DNA of 64,000 nt from Rickettsiales bacterium (GTDB lineage Bacteria > Pseudomonadota > Alphaproteobacteria > Rs-D84 > CACZYB01), in NCBI GenBank assembly GCA_031263095.1, contig JAISGI010000015.1:12328-76327 (forward strand). The letters are read 5' to 3'. Shown here piece after piece: positions 51,884 through 61,785 of this stretch. The notes beneath the pieces were generated by a model, which saw only the letters and a program-made list of their open reading frames with translations, made no database searches and was not told the origin of the DNA. The position numbers and the translations under genes were made by a program. Position 1 is the stretch's first letter. The number at the start of each line of letters is the position of its first letter.

Positions 51884-52611
51884 CGCTTGACGCCCCATAC
51901 GCCTTCAAGCCGGGAGAGACCCGAGGATACAGACACTCTCCCGGCCGCCTCGGTCGGGTTTCCACTGTCAATGCCGTAAAGCTGGCCGGAGAGGTTCCCG
52001 ACGGTTTCTCCAGATGAAAACGTTATACCGGATATATTCTCCCCGGTTCTGATGACGGCTACCGGACCGTTATAGGAGATTGCACCGCCTTCGGACGTTA
52101 TATTCGCGAACGAGAATTTATAGAAGTCCGCGAATTCAAGGTCGAGCTTTTGCACAGAAAAGTCAAGCTTGGCCACGCCGGATACTATCATGGCCACGTC
52201 CGACCCGTTAGAGGCGACTGCCACGGTCGAACCGGTGAAGATTCCGCCGGACGGAGCCGTTGTCGCCCACCTAGCCTCGTCTTCGGCAATCTCGATTTTA
52301 TACGCGGCCCAAGGCATTGTTTCATAGTGTGGGCTCGGAGCGAACTCTCCGACAGAGGCCCAAAGGCCAAGCGATACATGCTCAAGCTCGAACTTTGTCC
52401 AATCTCCCCGCACGCCGCCAAGATAGTCGTTGTTTTCCGCCTGCCTGCCAGAGGAAGATTCTCCGCCGGGATTTCCCGCCCCCGGTTGGTTTTCCAAGGG
52501 CGGAGGAACGCTCCCTTCTTTCTGACTATTGGAAGTGAATTCCGGTGCGCCGGCCCTATAACATCCCGCAAGCATTACTAGAACAAGCAGACGTAATTCC
52601 CGCAAATGCAT
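51880..52611 (-). CDS. lipoprotein with a TbpB/fHbp-like C-terminal barrel-type motif
   Basis: Signal-peptide lipobox (LVMLAGC-Y) and a C-terminus ...LSRLEGVWGVKR, related to the ends of 17495..18526 and 18778..19890. Confidence 0.5.
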   Translation of the reverse strand: MHLRELRLLVLVMLAGCYRAGAPEFTSNSQKEGSVPPPLENQPGAGNPGGESSSGRQAENNDYLGGVRGDWTKFELEHVSLGLWASVGEFAPSPHYETMPWAAYKIEIAEDEARWATTAPSGGIFTGSTVAVASNGSDVAMIVSGVAKLDFSVQKLDLEFADFYKFSFANITSEGGAISYNGPVAVIRTGENISGITFSSGETVGNLSGQLYGIDSGNPTEAAGRVSVSSGLSRLEGVWGVKR

Positions 52612-52709
52612 ATATTTTCCCCTCTACTGGGAGGATAATCCTGCGAGATGAAAATGCAAGCATTTTTTGAATAAATTCCAAATGTTTTTTATTTTTGCAG
52701 CATGATATA

Positions 52710-53984
52710 TTAAACAATTTTGCCCCTAAGGTTGGCATAGCTTGCCGATTCGACCTTGACTTTGGCGATGCGTCCGACAAGCTCCGCGCCTCCGGGCGCG
52801 ATGACAAGCTGCTGATACTCGTTCCGTCCAATTGCGCTGTCGCCGTCGATTTCAGTGAACAGAGCTTCCGTCTCGCCGCCTATGAAAGTTTTGTTGAACT
52901 CGTCCTGCTGGGCGCGCAGTAGCCATTGGATTTCCGCGATTCGCCGCGATTTCACCGGCAGGGGAATCTGGTCGTCCATCTTGGCCGCGACTGTTCCCGG
53001 CCGCGGAGAATAGCGGAACGAAAAACTCTGCACAAACCCGATTTCGCGTATGGCCGAAAGCGTGTCCTGAAAGTCCTCCTCGCTCTCGCCGGGAAACCCG
53101 ACGATAAAGTCGCTCGAAAGTTTCACGCGCGGCGCAACCTGGCGGATATGCGTGGCTAGGGCTATATATTGCTCGCGCGTATATTTGCGATTCATAAGCT
53201 TCAAAATCCTGTCCGACCCCGACTGCATAGGTAGGTATAAAAGGGGCATAAGCTTATCTTCCTCCGCGAACAACTGCACAAGCTCCTCGGTCATCTTCGA
53301 CGGGTACGAGGTTGTGAAACGGATACGCCTCACACCGCCGATTTTTGCGATTTCTCGGATAAGACCCGCAAGGTCGGGATAGCTGTTCACATTCTGCCCG
53401 ACAAGGTTGAGCTCGACCGCACCCAAGTCAGCCAACCGCTCCGCCTCGGCAATGACATCCGCCACCGGACGGCACACCTCGCGCCCGCGTGTGAACGGGA
53501 CACAGCAATAGGTGCAGTATTGGTCGCACCCCTCCTGTATTTGCAAATACTCGACCGCCACTGCGCGTGAAACCGGCGGCAGACAGCCGAACTTCTCGAG
53601 CCCCGAAAGCCCGAGGTCAAGCGAACGCTCGCCGGCAATCGCCGCCGCAAGCATATCCGGAAGCAGGTGGTACTTCTGGCTCGACAGCACGACTTTGACG
53701 AACGGCGCGCGCTTGAACACGTTATCGCCCTCGGCCTTGGCCATACAGCCGACAATCGCGAACACCGGCGAGAGGCGCAGGGCTTTTTTAAGCCGCCCAA
53801 GCTCGGAAAACACTTTCTCCCCGGCTTTCTCGCGGATATAGCATGTATTGAAAATTATGGCCTCCGCTTCCTCGGGTTTGTCTGTCTCGACATAACCCGA
53901 GGAGGTCAAAAGGCCGGCAATGCGCCGGGTGTCATAGACGTTCATCTGGCACCCGAACGCGCGTATATAGAATTTGTGCGACAT
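52710..53984 (-). CDS. miaB: tRNA methylthiotransferase (MiaB family)
   Basis: UPF0004 N-terminal domain (FYIRAFGCQMNVYDTRRIAG), a radical SAM CxxxCxxC cluster (CDQYCTYCCVP) and a C-terminal TRAM domain. Confidence 0.8.
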   Translation of the reverse strand: MSHKFYIRAFGCQMNVYDTRRIAGLLTSSGYVETDKPEEAEAIIFNTCYIREKAGEKVFSELGRLKKALRLSPVFAIVGCMAKAEGDNVFKRAPFVKVVLSSQKYHLLPDMLAAAIAGERSLDLGLSGLEKFGCLPPVSRAVAVEYLQIQEGCDQYCTYCCVPFTRGREVCRPVADVIAEAERLADLGAVELNLVGQNVNSYPDLAGLIREIAKIGGVRRIRFTTSYPSKMTEELVQLFAEEDKLMPLLYLPMQSGSDRILKLMNRKYTREQYIALATHIRQVAPRVKLSSDFIVGFPGESEEDFQDTLSAIREIGFVQSFSFRYSPRPGTVAAKMDDQIPLPVKSRRIAEIQWLLRAQQDEFNKTFIGGETEALFTEIDGDSAIGRNEYQQLVIAPGGAELVGRIAKVKVESASYANLRGKIV

Positions 53985-54026
53985 GGGGCAAGCTTATACC
54001 GCCCGCCCCGCCATTGCAACTTTATT

Positions 54027-54561
54027 TCAGTTCAGACGATATATGGCGCCATACATTCCCGCGGCCTGGTCGGACAGATTGGGAGTGTGCATATTGAAGT
54101 CATACATGAGATAAGTCTTGCCGTCGGTGGCGTCGTTCGTTATCCTGGCAGTAGGGTTGACTCCTGCCGTAGGGTCGGAATCTCCCACAAAATATTCGGA
54201 CGCGCGGTCGACTATCACTATGCCAGACGACCTTGTGTTGTTCGCAACCGCGTCTAGCCTATAGATTCCCGCCTGTACTTGGCCGGTTTTCTGTTCGGCT
54301 CCATTAGCTCTGTCTATAAGAGTCCACGCAGACTCGGCTGGGGAACCGACGCACCGCGCGACCTCGCCCGGATAGCCCCAATTGGTAAGCAGCCTGTTAT
54401 AGGTACAGTCGGATACGGCCCCGGCTTGGCACGCCCCCGGTACAGCACAAGCTGTACAAGTATAATAATTTGATGATTGAGAGTTGTTGGTAGATAATAG
54501 GAGAAGCGCTAAAGCTAAATACTTATTTGCCCCCCCCCGTACGTTTATAGTTCCTTGTCAT
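54027..54561 (-). CDS. phase-variable family copy M; C9 at 54530-54538 (ON at 8)
   Basis: The reverse strand reads GTCTAACCAAAGGAGAAGACAG-ATG ACA AGG AAC TAT AAA CGT ACG-G9. At 8 it gives MTRNYKRTGGANKYLALALLLLSTNNSQSSNYYTCTACAVPGACQAGAVSDCTYNRLLTNWGYPGEVARCVGSPAESAWTLID...GAIYRLN. The promoter is TTGACA, 17-nt spacer, TATTAT. Confidence 0.8.
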
Positions 54562-54619
54562 CTGTCTTCTCCTTTGGTTAGACAATCCGTATAATACTCT
54601 ATTTTATTATTATTGTCAA

Positions 54620-54669
54620 CCTGTGGAAAGCCAGAATAACTCGGGAGAGTTATTCTGGCTTTCCACAGG
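54620..54669. repeat. REP-like palindrome
   Basis: CCTGTGGaaagccagaataactcgggagagttattctggctttCCACAGG. Confidence 0.6.
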
Positions 54670-54739
54670 CGGCCTAACTAAACAATTCTCCTTGATTTCA
54701 TAATCGCCGCCTCTTATACTTCCGCTCAAGGAGACCCAG

Positions 54740-55393
54740 ATGAAGAAAATTTCCGCCACGCGTATCAAGACCATAAAGAGCGCGCCCAAGGCTATCAAAA
54801 GGAACCTTGCCTTGGCGCTTCCGAACCTGCTGACCTACGCTCGAATCCTGGTGATTCCAATAGTGTGCTACATGCTGTATATGAATAGCGAGATGTATTC
54901 CCGCTACGTTGCCTGCCTGCTGTTCTTTTTGGCAAGCATTACGGACTATTTCGACGGCTATCTTTCGAGGAAGATGAAGATAACCTCGGAAATAGGCCGC
55001 TTCCTCGACCCGATTGCGGACAAGCTTCTGGTCGGCGCGGTGCTTATTTCCATGGCCCAGACCAAGTTCGTGACCGGGTTCGAGACCATGCTCGCCGCCA
55101 TAATCATCAGCCGCGAGATTTTCATCTCCGGCCTGCGCGAGTACTTGGGCGGCAAAAGCGTCAAGGTGCCGGTTTCGCGCCTTGCCAAATGGAAGACCGC
55201 GGCGCAGCTTTTCGCCATAGGCTTCCTGATATTCGGCCGGAATTACAGGTACCGGTTCTATAACTCCTGGTGGGACGGACTTTTGTTCGATATATATGTT
55301 GCGGGAGTTGTGTTGCTGCTTGTTGCGTGCGCGCTGACCATAATCACGGGTTGGAAATATATGCGCGCCGCGTTCAAGTATATGAAGGAATAG
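54740..55393 (+). CDS. pgsA: CDP-diacylglycerol--glycerol-3-phosphate 3-phosphatidyltransferase
   Basis: CDP-alcohol phosphatidyltransferase motif (DGYLSRKMKITSEIGRFLDPIADK). Confidence 0.85.
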   Translation: MKKISATRIKTIKSAPKAIKRNLALALPNLLTYARILVIPIVCYMLYMNSEMYSRYVACLLFFLASITDYFDGYLSRKMKITSEIGRFLDPIADKLLVGAVLISMAQTKFVTGFETMLAAIIISREIFISGLREYLGGKSVKVPVSRLAKWKTAAQLFAIGFLIFGRNYRYRFYNSWWDGLLFDIYVAGVVLLLVACALTIITGWKYMRAAFKYMKE

Positions 55394-55394
55394 C

Positions 55395-55988
55395 GTGATA
55401 TACAAGCTCACCGGCATAGTCGACGAGATTTCCGACAATCACTTGGTCTTGGACGTGGGCGGAGTGGGCTACGGCATATTCGCGCCGATTGGTACGCTTG
55501 CGCACCTTGCGCCCAAATCTCCCGCGAACCTGTATATAGAGATGGTGGTGAAAGAGGACGGCGTATCATTATACGGTTTTTCCGCCGCGGCCGAGAAAGC
55601 CTTTTTCAACCTACTGACCACAGTCCAGGGCGTAGGGCCCAAGGCCGCGATGGCGATATTGTCCGCCCTACCGCTCGAGCAGGCGGTATCGGCGATACTT
55701 GCTGGCGATTCGGCATCTCTTGCAAAGGCTAACGGGATAGGGGCCAAGACCGCCGTGCGCATAGCCTCGGAACTGAAGGACAAGGTAGCCAAGCTTGGCC
55801 TCGACCTGGCCGTTGCCGACGTTTCTAAAACAATCACAAACTCGGACGCTGGGGATGCGATTTCCGCGCTTACTAACCTAGGCTATTCGAGGACGGAGGC
55901 CGCCGCAGCCGTGGCCAAGACGCTCGAGGCAGAGCAGGGCCTTACCGTCGGCGATATAATCCGCAAGGCCCTGGCCAGGTTTTCCTAA
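55395..55988 (+). CDS. ruvA: Holliday junction DNA helicase RuvA
   Basis: GTG start. N-terminal OB domain, two HhH motifs and a C-terminal RuvB-interaction domain. Confidence 0.85.
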   Translation: MIYKLTGIVDEISDNHLVLDVGGVGYGIFAPIGTLAHLAPKSPANLYIEMVVKEDGVSLYGFSAAAEKAFFNLLTTVQGVGPKAAMAILSALPLEQAVSAILAGDSASLAKANGIGAKTAVRIASELKDKVAKLGLDLAVADVSKTITNSDAGDAISALTNLGYSRTEAAAAVAKTLEAEQGLTVGDIIRKALARFS

Positions 55989-55991
55989 GGT

Positions 55992-56586
55992 TTAGTCAAG
56001 CTTGTATATTGCGACAGTAGGGTCTATCGTGTATATCATGTCCGAGACAGTTATACCGGGGACATATGATACAGTGCTTGGCTTTTGGGTACTACTATTC
56101 GCATTGATCGTGTGGTACCTGCCACCACAGTTGTTGAAGCGTTGCACTGTTGTCCAGTCTTCGGACGAGTTATCTATGCATACATGTGCTCCGCTGTCTA
56201 CGAATTTACCGCTCCAGGTGCCATAGTCGGTGTCTTGGGCAAGCACTACAATCCGTGATGTCCAGCTTGCCTCGGTATGCCACAAATCTACGCGATAGAT
56301 TCCGGGCGAAAGCATGCCAAGCTTTTGCGGCCCCCGAGGACCCTCTTCTTTTTTAACAAGCGTCCATCTGGATTTAGCGGGCGTACCTATACAGCGGACA
56401 GCTTCTTCCAAAGACAAAGTTTTGTCATAAGTGCAATCCTTGGTCGCACCAACTTGACACGCACCCGGCACTGCACAGGTCGAGCATGTGTAATAATTTG
56501 CTGAATAGGATTGGTTAGCTGATATTAGGAGAAGCGCAACAGCTATATACTTATTTGCCCCCCCCCATACGTATATTATTCCTCAT
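55992..56586 (-). CDS. phase-variable family copy N; C9 at 56558-56566 (ON at 8)
   Basis: The reverse strand reads GTCAAACAAAAGGAGAAGACCGATA-ATG AGG AAT AAT ATA CGT ATG-G9. At 8 it gives MRNNIRMGGANKYIAVALLLISANQSYSANYYTCSTCAVPGACQVGATKDCTYDKTLSLEEAVRCIGTPAKSRWTLV...VAIYKLD. The promoter is TTGACG, 17-nt spacer, TATAGT. Confidence 0.8.
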
Positions 56587-56648
56587 TATCGGTCTTCTCC
56601 TTTTGTTTGACTTAAATACTATACCGCAAATCCCTAAATCCGTCAATC

Positions 56649-57410
56649 TTAAATCTTAAATTTCATGCCAAGGTAAAAGGCATTCGCCTCGACATCGACT
56701 ATGGCCGTGGTCGCGATGGTGTTTATGCCTGTGTCGATAAGCATGCCGCCGCTCAGCTCGCCATAGCTTATGTGGCGCCAGCCGAACTCGACCGCAATAC
56801 GCTCGCTCACGTCCGCATTCGCGCCAAGCATGACTTGCCACCCGAACCCAGCTTCTCTGATGCTTGCGCCCGAAAGGATGGTCGGCCCGCCGCGGCCCCA
56901 AAGGTCGAACTCGGCCGACAGCAGGGTAATGCCAAACCCTATTCCGACATAAGGGGTTATGACGCTGGTATTGCCAAAGTCGTAATAGCCGTTCAACATA
57001 AGGGCCGATGCTTTGAAATTGTCCGTCTCTCTAATCGCCTCGACTTTGACGCCCCCGGCGATAATAAGCTCGCCCTCGGTTCGTAATTCTCCGCTTTTGC
57101 TTCCATAGGCAAGAGTAAGGCCGCCGGGCTTTGCCGTCGCGTCAAGCGCGAACGCCCCGCCAAGGCTTACATCCACATCCATGTTGCGGTAGGCCAAAAG
57201 CCGCGCGGCTATGTACCCGCCGTCTTTGCCCATAGAGGTCATAGGGACGGGTGCCGGCTCGACAACAACCGCCTCGGGTGGCGGCATTGCGATAGAGGCA
57301 GGTTTCGGCGTTCCGAATTTGGCCTGGAATTCCGCCTCGCGCTCCTCAAGACTCTGCGCCCGCACGCCAAAGGCAGACAATGTAGCTATTATGAATGCAA
57401 ATTTTCTCAT
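56649..57410 (-). CDS. outer-membrane beta-barrel porin-family protein (Omp25/RopB-like)
   Basis: Signal peptide (MRKFAFIIATLSAFGVRAQS), alternating beta-strand pattern and a C-terminal ...FYLGMKFKI. Confidence 0.6.
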   Translation of the reverse strand: MRKFAFIIATLSAFGVRAQSLEEREAEFQAKFGTPKPASIAMPPPEAVVVEPAPVPMTSMGKDGGYIAARLLAYRNMDVDVSLGGAFALDATAKPGGLTLAYGSKSGELRTEGELIIAGGVKVEAIRETDNFKASALMLNGYYDFGNTSVITPYVGIGFGITLLSAEFDLWGRGGPTILSGASIREAGFGWQVMLGANADVSERIAVEFGWRHISYGELSGGMLIDTGINTIATTAIVDVEANAFYLGMKFKI

Positions 57411-57535
57411 TTCTTACTCCTTGCTCAAAGGATACAACCATAAATATATAACTCAATAATTTTTTTCTGTTATCCTTGATTCCGCTGATAAAGTATGCTA
57501 TCCTATAAAAGTCTAATTGAAAGGAGAAGACGAAA

Positions 57536-58119
57536 ATGATTATTATGAACAAAAAGCGCACGGGGGGGGGCGGCGGCGGAATGCTAAGTATAGAGCAACT
57601 GCGCGTCTCTTACTATCAGCTAACAACTCTCAATCATCAAATTATTATACCTGTACAAACTGCGCTGTACCCGGCGCTTGCCAAGCTGGCGCCACGGCGG
57701 ACTGTACTTATGGCCAATTCCTATCCCTTGAGGGAGCGGCGCGTTGTTTAGGAACTCCAGCGAAAACCAGATGGACGGAAGTCTATAGGTGTACAAACAA
57801 CTGCTCTTCTTCTGCAGGAGGTTTTCCAAAAGGAGTCTACAGGTTCGATCTCAAGAACTCGAAAACCGTATATTCACGCGTCTTTATATCGTTATATGAT
57901 ACGAAGCTATACAGCTTCCAGCGCGCCTGCAACGGGGTTGAAGACCGAGCGTGCGTGGGAATGCTGTGCGGCCCATCACAGACGTTCGACGAATGCAACC
58001 GATGGGCAGGAATGAACGAAAATTCAACAGCGCCGCAGATATTCACTCCGGGCATAACGGCCGATGACATAACGAACCCAAGTGCCGGGTCAATTGTGGT
58101 GTATAGGCTCGAGGGATAG
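57536..58119 (+). CDS. phase-variable family copy O; G9 at 57562-57570 followed by (CGG)3 (ON at 10 G)
   Basis: Leader GTCTAATTGAAAGGAGAAGACGAAA-ATG ATT ATT ATG AAC AAA AAG CGC ACG-G9-CGGCGGCGG. At 9 G it yields a 71-aa out-of-frame product (ORF 57536-57751). At 10 G it reads MIIMNKKRTGGGRRRNAKYRATARLLLSANNSQSSNYYTCTNCAVPGACQAGATADCTYGQFLSLEGAARCLGTPAKTRWTEV...IVVYRLEG. Confidence 0.8.
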
Positions 58120-58132
58120 AGGAACTCGGGCC

Positions 58133-58163
58133 CCTGTGGAAATCTGCCCGGGATTTCCACAGG
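58133..58163. repeat. short REP-like palindrome
   Basis: CCTGTGGaaatctgcccgggatttCCACAGG. Confidence 0.55.
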
Positions 58164-58226
58164 TTTCATAAATTGTCTTGCATTCCACCCGCGGTCAATA
58201 TATCTTTGAGCCGTGGGAGGAACAAG

Positions 58227-58397
58227 ATGAAGAAAGCCATCATCGCCGTGCTGCTTGCCTCGTGCGGCTCGATTTATGAAACCGACCCGGTCGGAGTCGG
58301 ATACGACGCGAACGAGCTCAAGCTTTCGCCGTGCGCCTGCATCCAGGTTGAAACCCTGCCGGGGCTGCCCGAATGGTTCGCAAGCGCGATAGCGTAA
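58227..58397 (+). CDS. small lipoprotein (56 aa; VirB7-like?)
   Basis: A GGAGG Shine-Dalgarno site precedes the ATG at 58227. Lipobox MKKAIIAVLLASC-GS. Confidence 0.4.
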   Translation: MKKAIIAVLLASCGSIYETDPVGVGYDANELKLSPCACIQVETLPGLPEWFASAIA

Positions 58398-59149
58398 ATC
58401 CCGCGCAGGAGGACGCGCCGGTATATCCCTTTTCTGTCGATGCCGGAGCAGACCTTTCGCGCAAATATCTTGCCGCCACGTATTCGCTGGCGCGGTTTTC
58501 CTATGCCGTGCTCGGCCTTTGTATAGTCGTCGTCCTGCTTGGTGTGCTTGGCGCCGGAAATATGAAGAGCGCGCCTTATTTCGTCAAGTGGGACGAGGCA
58601 GAGCGGCGGTTCGTCGCAATAGGCTCCGGCACCGACGCGCCCGAAACCCTGCCCGAGGGACAGTATTTCGAGGAATACTTCGCGCGCGAGTATATACGAC
58701 GTATGTTCGGGATTTCGGGCGTCTTGGCCGAGAACGACGACAACTGGTGCCAGTGCGAGAATTCATCCAAGCCCGGACTGTTCGACACGCAAGCGCGGTG
58801 CTGGCTTTGCAATTTCTCTGCCACTCCGGTATATTCCAACTTCGCAAGCAACGCCAAGCCCGCGTTCGAACTTGCCGCCAAGCGGGGCGAGAGCCGCCGG
58901 GTCAAAATCCTCGATTCCCATTATCTCTCCGGGTTCGCTGATCCCGCGCCGTTGGGCCTTTCCGCCTATCTGCCAATAAAAAAGCCAACGCGGTTCAGGC
59001 ATTCGGAGTATCGAATCGACTTTATAACCGGAGGCGAGCATTTGACCGCCAACATCGCTATTTCAAGCCCTATCACGAACCCAAGGTACCAATACCGGGT
59101 TGAATCCGCCTCGTTCTCGTTCACTCCAAGGGCAAGGTGGCGCGAATGA
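58373..59149 (+). CDS. bitopic membrane protein with a VirB8-like (NTF2-fold) periplasmic domain, low confidence
   Basis: One TM helix (FSYAVLGLCIVVVLLGVLGAG), then ...EEYFAREYIRRMFG..., resembling the VirB8 core. Start uncertain. Confidence 0.35.
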   Translation: MVRKRDSVNPAQEDAPVYPFSVDAGADLSRKYLAATYSLARFSYAVLGLCIVVVLLGVLGAGNMKSAPYFVKWDEAERRFVAIGSGTDAPETLPEGQYFEEYFAREYIRRMFGISGVLAENDDNWCQCENSSKPGLFDTQARCWLCNFSATPVYSNFASNAKPAFELAAKRGESRRVKILDSHYLSGFADPAPLGLSAYLPIKKPTRFRHSEYRIDFITGGEHLTANIAISSPITNPRYQYRVESASFSFTPRARWRE

Positions 59150-59844
59150 GAAAGTCCGGGGTAATCCTTGTCATTTCGAGCTTTTTGTGCCTTGCCGCAG
59201 CGGTGCTTTGCATCTATGCGGCGCTTGGATTTTCGGACAGCCTCGAACGCGACCGCCTGCGTGTGCTTGTAGTTGTGAAAGAGGACGGCCGCGGACTCGA
59301 CTTTTCCGCGACCCCGCTCAAAATGCCGGCCCTTTCGGCTGCGCGGCGCGAGGAGCTTCTTAAAAAGCTTATAGTGGAGTATATAGTCGCGCGCTATACG
59401 TGGACGGGAAGCGCAACCGAGTCGCGGCGCATATTCGGCGGATGGGGCAAGGATATGGCCTCGGGCTCGCTGTTCAAGCTTGCCTCGCTCGCCACGTTCG
59501 ATCCGGAAAGGCCGGACGCGCCGCCGTACCTTGCGCCCTATTACGACTTTATGAAAGAGAAAGAGGAAATCCGCAGGCTTTCCGAATCTGGCACCACGCG
59601 CACGGTCGAAATTACCGTGCCTCCACGGCGGTACAAGGACGATATGTGGATAGCCGAGGTCGAGTTCGTCTATAAGGGCCCGGCCGTATGGAATCTCGCC
59701 CAGGCCAACCGAGAGAAGTACGAGCTCCAGATGACAATCGAGCCCATTACCGATCTTCGTACACCTACGGCCGCAATGCTCCTGAATCTGCCGTCCGCTG
59801 TGTTCGAATGGCGCATTGTCTGGTTCAAGCGCGTGGTGAAGTAG
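59137..59844 (+). CDS. second VirB8-like bitopic membrane protein, low confidence
   Basis: TM helix (VILVISSFLCLAAAVLCIYAAL) then ...LIVEYIVARYTW...; paralogous in architecture to the preceding gene. Confidence 0.35.
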   Translation: MARMRKSGVILVISSFLCLAAAVLCIYAALGFSDSLERDRLRVLVVVKEDGRGLDFSATPLKMPALSAARREELLKKLIVEYIVARYTWTGSATESRRIFGGWGKDMASGSLFKLASLATFDPERPDAPPYLAPYYDFMKEKEEIRRLSESGTTRTVEITVPPRRYKDDMWIAEVEFVYKGPAVWNLAQANREKYELQMTIEPITDLRTPTAAMLLNLPSAVFEWRIVWFKRVVK

Positions 59845-59860
59845 GACATTGGGGATATAA

Positions 59861-59895
59861 AAAAAGGCCGGTAAAACCTTGGCCTTTTTTCGGTT
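59861..59895. terminator. bidirectional terminator
   Basis: aaaaaaGGCCggtaaaaccttGGCCttttttcgg. Confidence 0.6.
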
Positions 59896-59909
59896 TTATT
59901 TTAGATTGC

Positions 59910-60477
59910 TCAGTTTAGTTTATACAGGGCAGCGACTGTATCCTCGCTATATGCCGCGATTGCGGTTTGCAGGGTTATGCCCGGCGTCCATATTCCTTGA
60001 TTGGCCGAGGAAACAACACGGTCATTACCTGGACCGGGCGCTCCGCCAGTATATCCTGCGTTCGGAAGCGCGATGGCTCCGCTTCCAGCCCAATACTGTA
60101 CATTTGAAGTCTTGTCCAAGACTATGACGCCGGAAGAAAACCGAGGATTTCCACCATTTTTCAGGAATCCGTCAAGCCTATAGACGCCCGGGCCGACGGA
60201 TGTTCCCCCGCCGTCGCCAGAGGTGTATTTCTGGACTAGGTTCCAGCGGCCGGCGGCCGGAGTACCTATGCATGCCGTCGCCTCCTCGAGGCTTGACATC
60301 TTGTTCATTGTGCATACAGGTTTGACTGCTGTACCAGCAGGGCAAGTTTCGGAAATATCGCACGCACTACAAGTGTAATAATTTGAAGATTGAGAGTTGT
60401 TAGCAGATAATAGGAGAAGCGCAATAGCTAAATACTTATTTGCCCCCCCCCGTACGTACTGTGTTCATAACAGTCAT
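59910..60477 (-). CDS. phase-variable family copy P; C9 at 60443-60451 (ON at 8)
   Basis: The reverse strand reads GTCTAACCAAAGGAGAAGACATA-ATG ACT GTT ATG AAC ACA GTA CGT ACG-G9. At 8 it gives MTVMNTVRTGGANKYLAIALLLLSANNSQSSNYYTCSACDISETCPAGTAVKPVCTMNKMSSLEEATACIGTPAAGRWNLV...AALYKLN. The promoter is TTGACT, 17-nt spacer, TATATAAT. Confidence 0.8.
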
Positions 60478-60720
60478 TATGTCTTCTCCTTTGGTTAGAC
60501 TATACCATTATATACCAAGTCCGTAAATCAGTCAATCCTAAATCCATAAATAGTTATCCCGGCTTTCCACAGGCACCTAAACCGACTGCTTTTTGTCCCC
60601 TTCTCGTCTTATTCTGCAAAACCTTGACAAAACCGCAAAAAATCTAGCCTATAGCGATGTTTTTTGTTGAAAGTCTTGACGCCTGATGTTAGACTTGACC
60701 AAATTAAAAAAGAGGTTGAT

Positions 60721-61782
60721 ATGATAAGAAAACTAAAGGCGCGGTATATGAACTCGCGCTTGGGGCAAAAACATCCCAAGGTTCAGGCGGTCGTGTTTTT
60801 CATGGCGGCTCTCGTCCTATGGTTCGCGCTTGGCATGCTTACCAAGTCGGCGCCCAAGTTGACGCCGCGCGAGGACAAGCTGATGAAGGTCGGTGTCAGG
60901 GTGCTTCATTCCGAAAGTGCGACCGCGGACATCCTTGTCTTCGGCCATACCTTGGCCGAGGAGCGGGTCGAGCTTAAAACCCGCACCGCCGGCACTATAG
61001 AGAAGATTCTCAAGCCCAAGGGCTCGCGCGTGAAGAAAGGCGAGACCATACTAAGGCTAGGTATGGAAGACCGTCAGGCCCGCCTTGTCGCCGCCAAGAC
61101 CGAGGTCGAATGGCAGACCGCCCAAGAGTTGATGAAGAAAGGCCTGATTTCCAAGGTCGAGTATATCGCCGCCGAAGCCGCGTACAAGCAGGCATCTCTC
61201 GATGTCGAATACGCCAATATAAAGGCTCCGTTCGACGGCGTGGTCGGCTCTCTCGATTACGAGGAGGGCGCCTACATCCCCGCCAACACGCACATAGGGC
61301 TGTTCCTGAACCTCGCGACTATGAAGATAGTGGCCGAGCTGCCCGAGAAGTACGTTTCCCGTGCGCGTATCGGTTCGGTTGCGGCCGCAAAGATAGCGGA
61401 CGGCTCGAAAATCGACGCCGCGCTTATGTACATAGCGCCTGCCGCGAACTCCTCCACCCGCACGTTCTCGCTCGAGTTCATAGCAAGGAATAATGGAAGG
61501 ATTTCCGAGGGTATGACCGCCGAGGTAAGATTGCCTCTGGACGCTGTGATGGCCTCGCGCCTGCCGTCAAGCTCGTGCCTGACGTTCGGCGACGACGGCC
61601 GCATAGGGGTCAAGGCCTTGGACGACGGCGACAAGGTGGAATTCTATCCCGTGGAGCTGGTCAAGGATGAGGACGTCGGCCTGTGGGTATCTGGCCTGCC
61701 GGACAAGGCGTCCGTTATAGTATCCGGGCAGGAGTTCGTCCGCACCGGCGAAAAGGTCGAGCCCAAGTATCAGGAGGACTAG
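60721..61782 (+). CDS. RND efflux membrane fusion protein (HlyD/AcrA family)
   Basis: An AAAGAGG Shine-Dalgarno site precedes the ATG at 60721. TM anchor, coiled-coil/lipoyl-like region and beta-barrel domains. Its stop is 4 nt before the pump start. Confidence 0.8.
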   Translation: MIRKLKARYMNSRLGQKHPKVQAVVFFMAALVLWFALGMLTKSAPKLTPREDKLMKVGVRVLHSESATADILVFGHTLAEERVELKTRTAGTIEKILKPKGSRVKKGETILRLGMEDRQARLVAAKTEVEWQTAQELMKKGLISKVEYIAAEAAYKQASLDVEYANIKAPFDGVVGSLDYEEGAYIPANTHIGLFLNLATMKIVAELPEKYVSRARIGSVAAAKIADGSKIDAALMYIAPAANSSTRTFSLEFIARNNGRISEGMTAEVRLPLDAVMASRLPSSSCLTFGDDGRIGVKALDDGDKVEFYPVELVKDEDVGLWVSGLPDKASVIVSGQEFVRTGEKVEPKYQED

Positions 61783-61785
61783 AAC

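Noticed and set aside
57517-58119. ORF-track call for copy O starting at TTG 57517 and reading in-frame through the G9 tract (MKGEDENDYYEQKAHGGGRRR...).
   Set aside because: The TTG lies inside the Shine-Dalgarno site (AAAGGAGAAG). Its N-terminus is acidic and not signal-peptide-like. All 14 other copies start at the ATG 6-8 nt after the Shine-Dalgarno site. The genuine start is the ATG at 57536, which is out of frame at 9 G.
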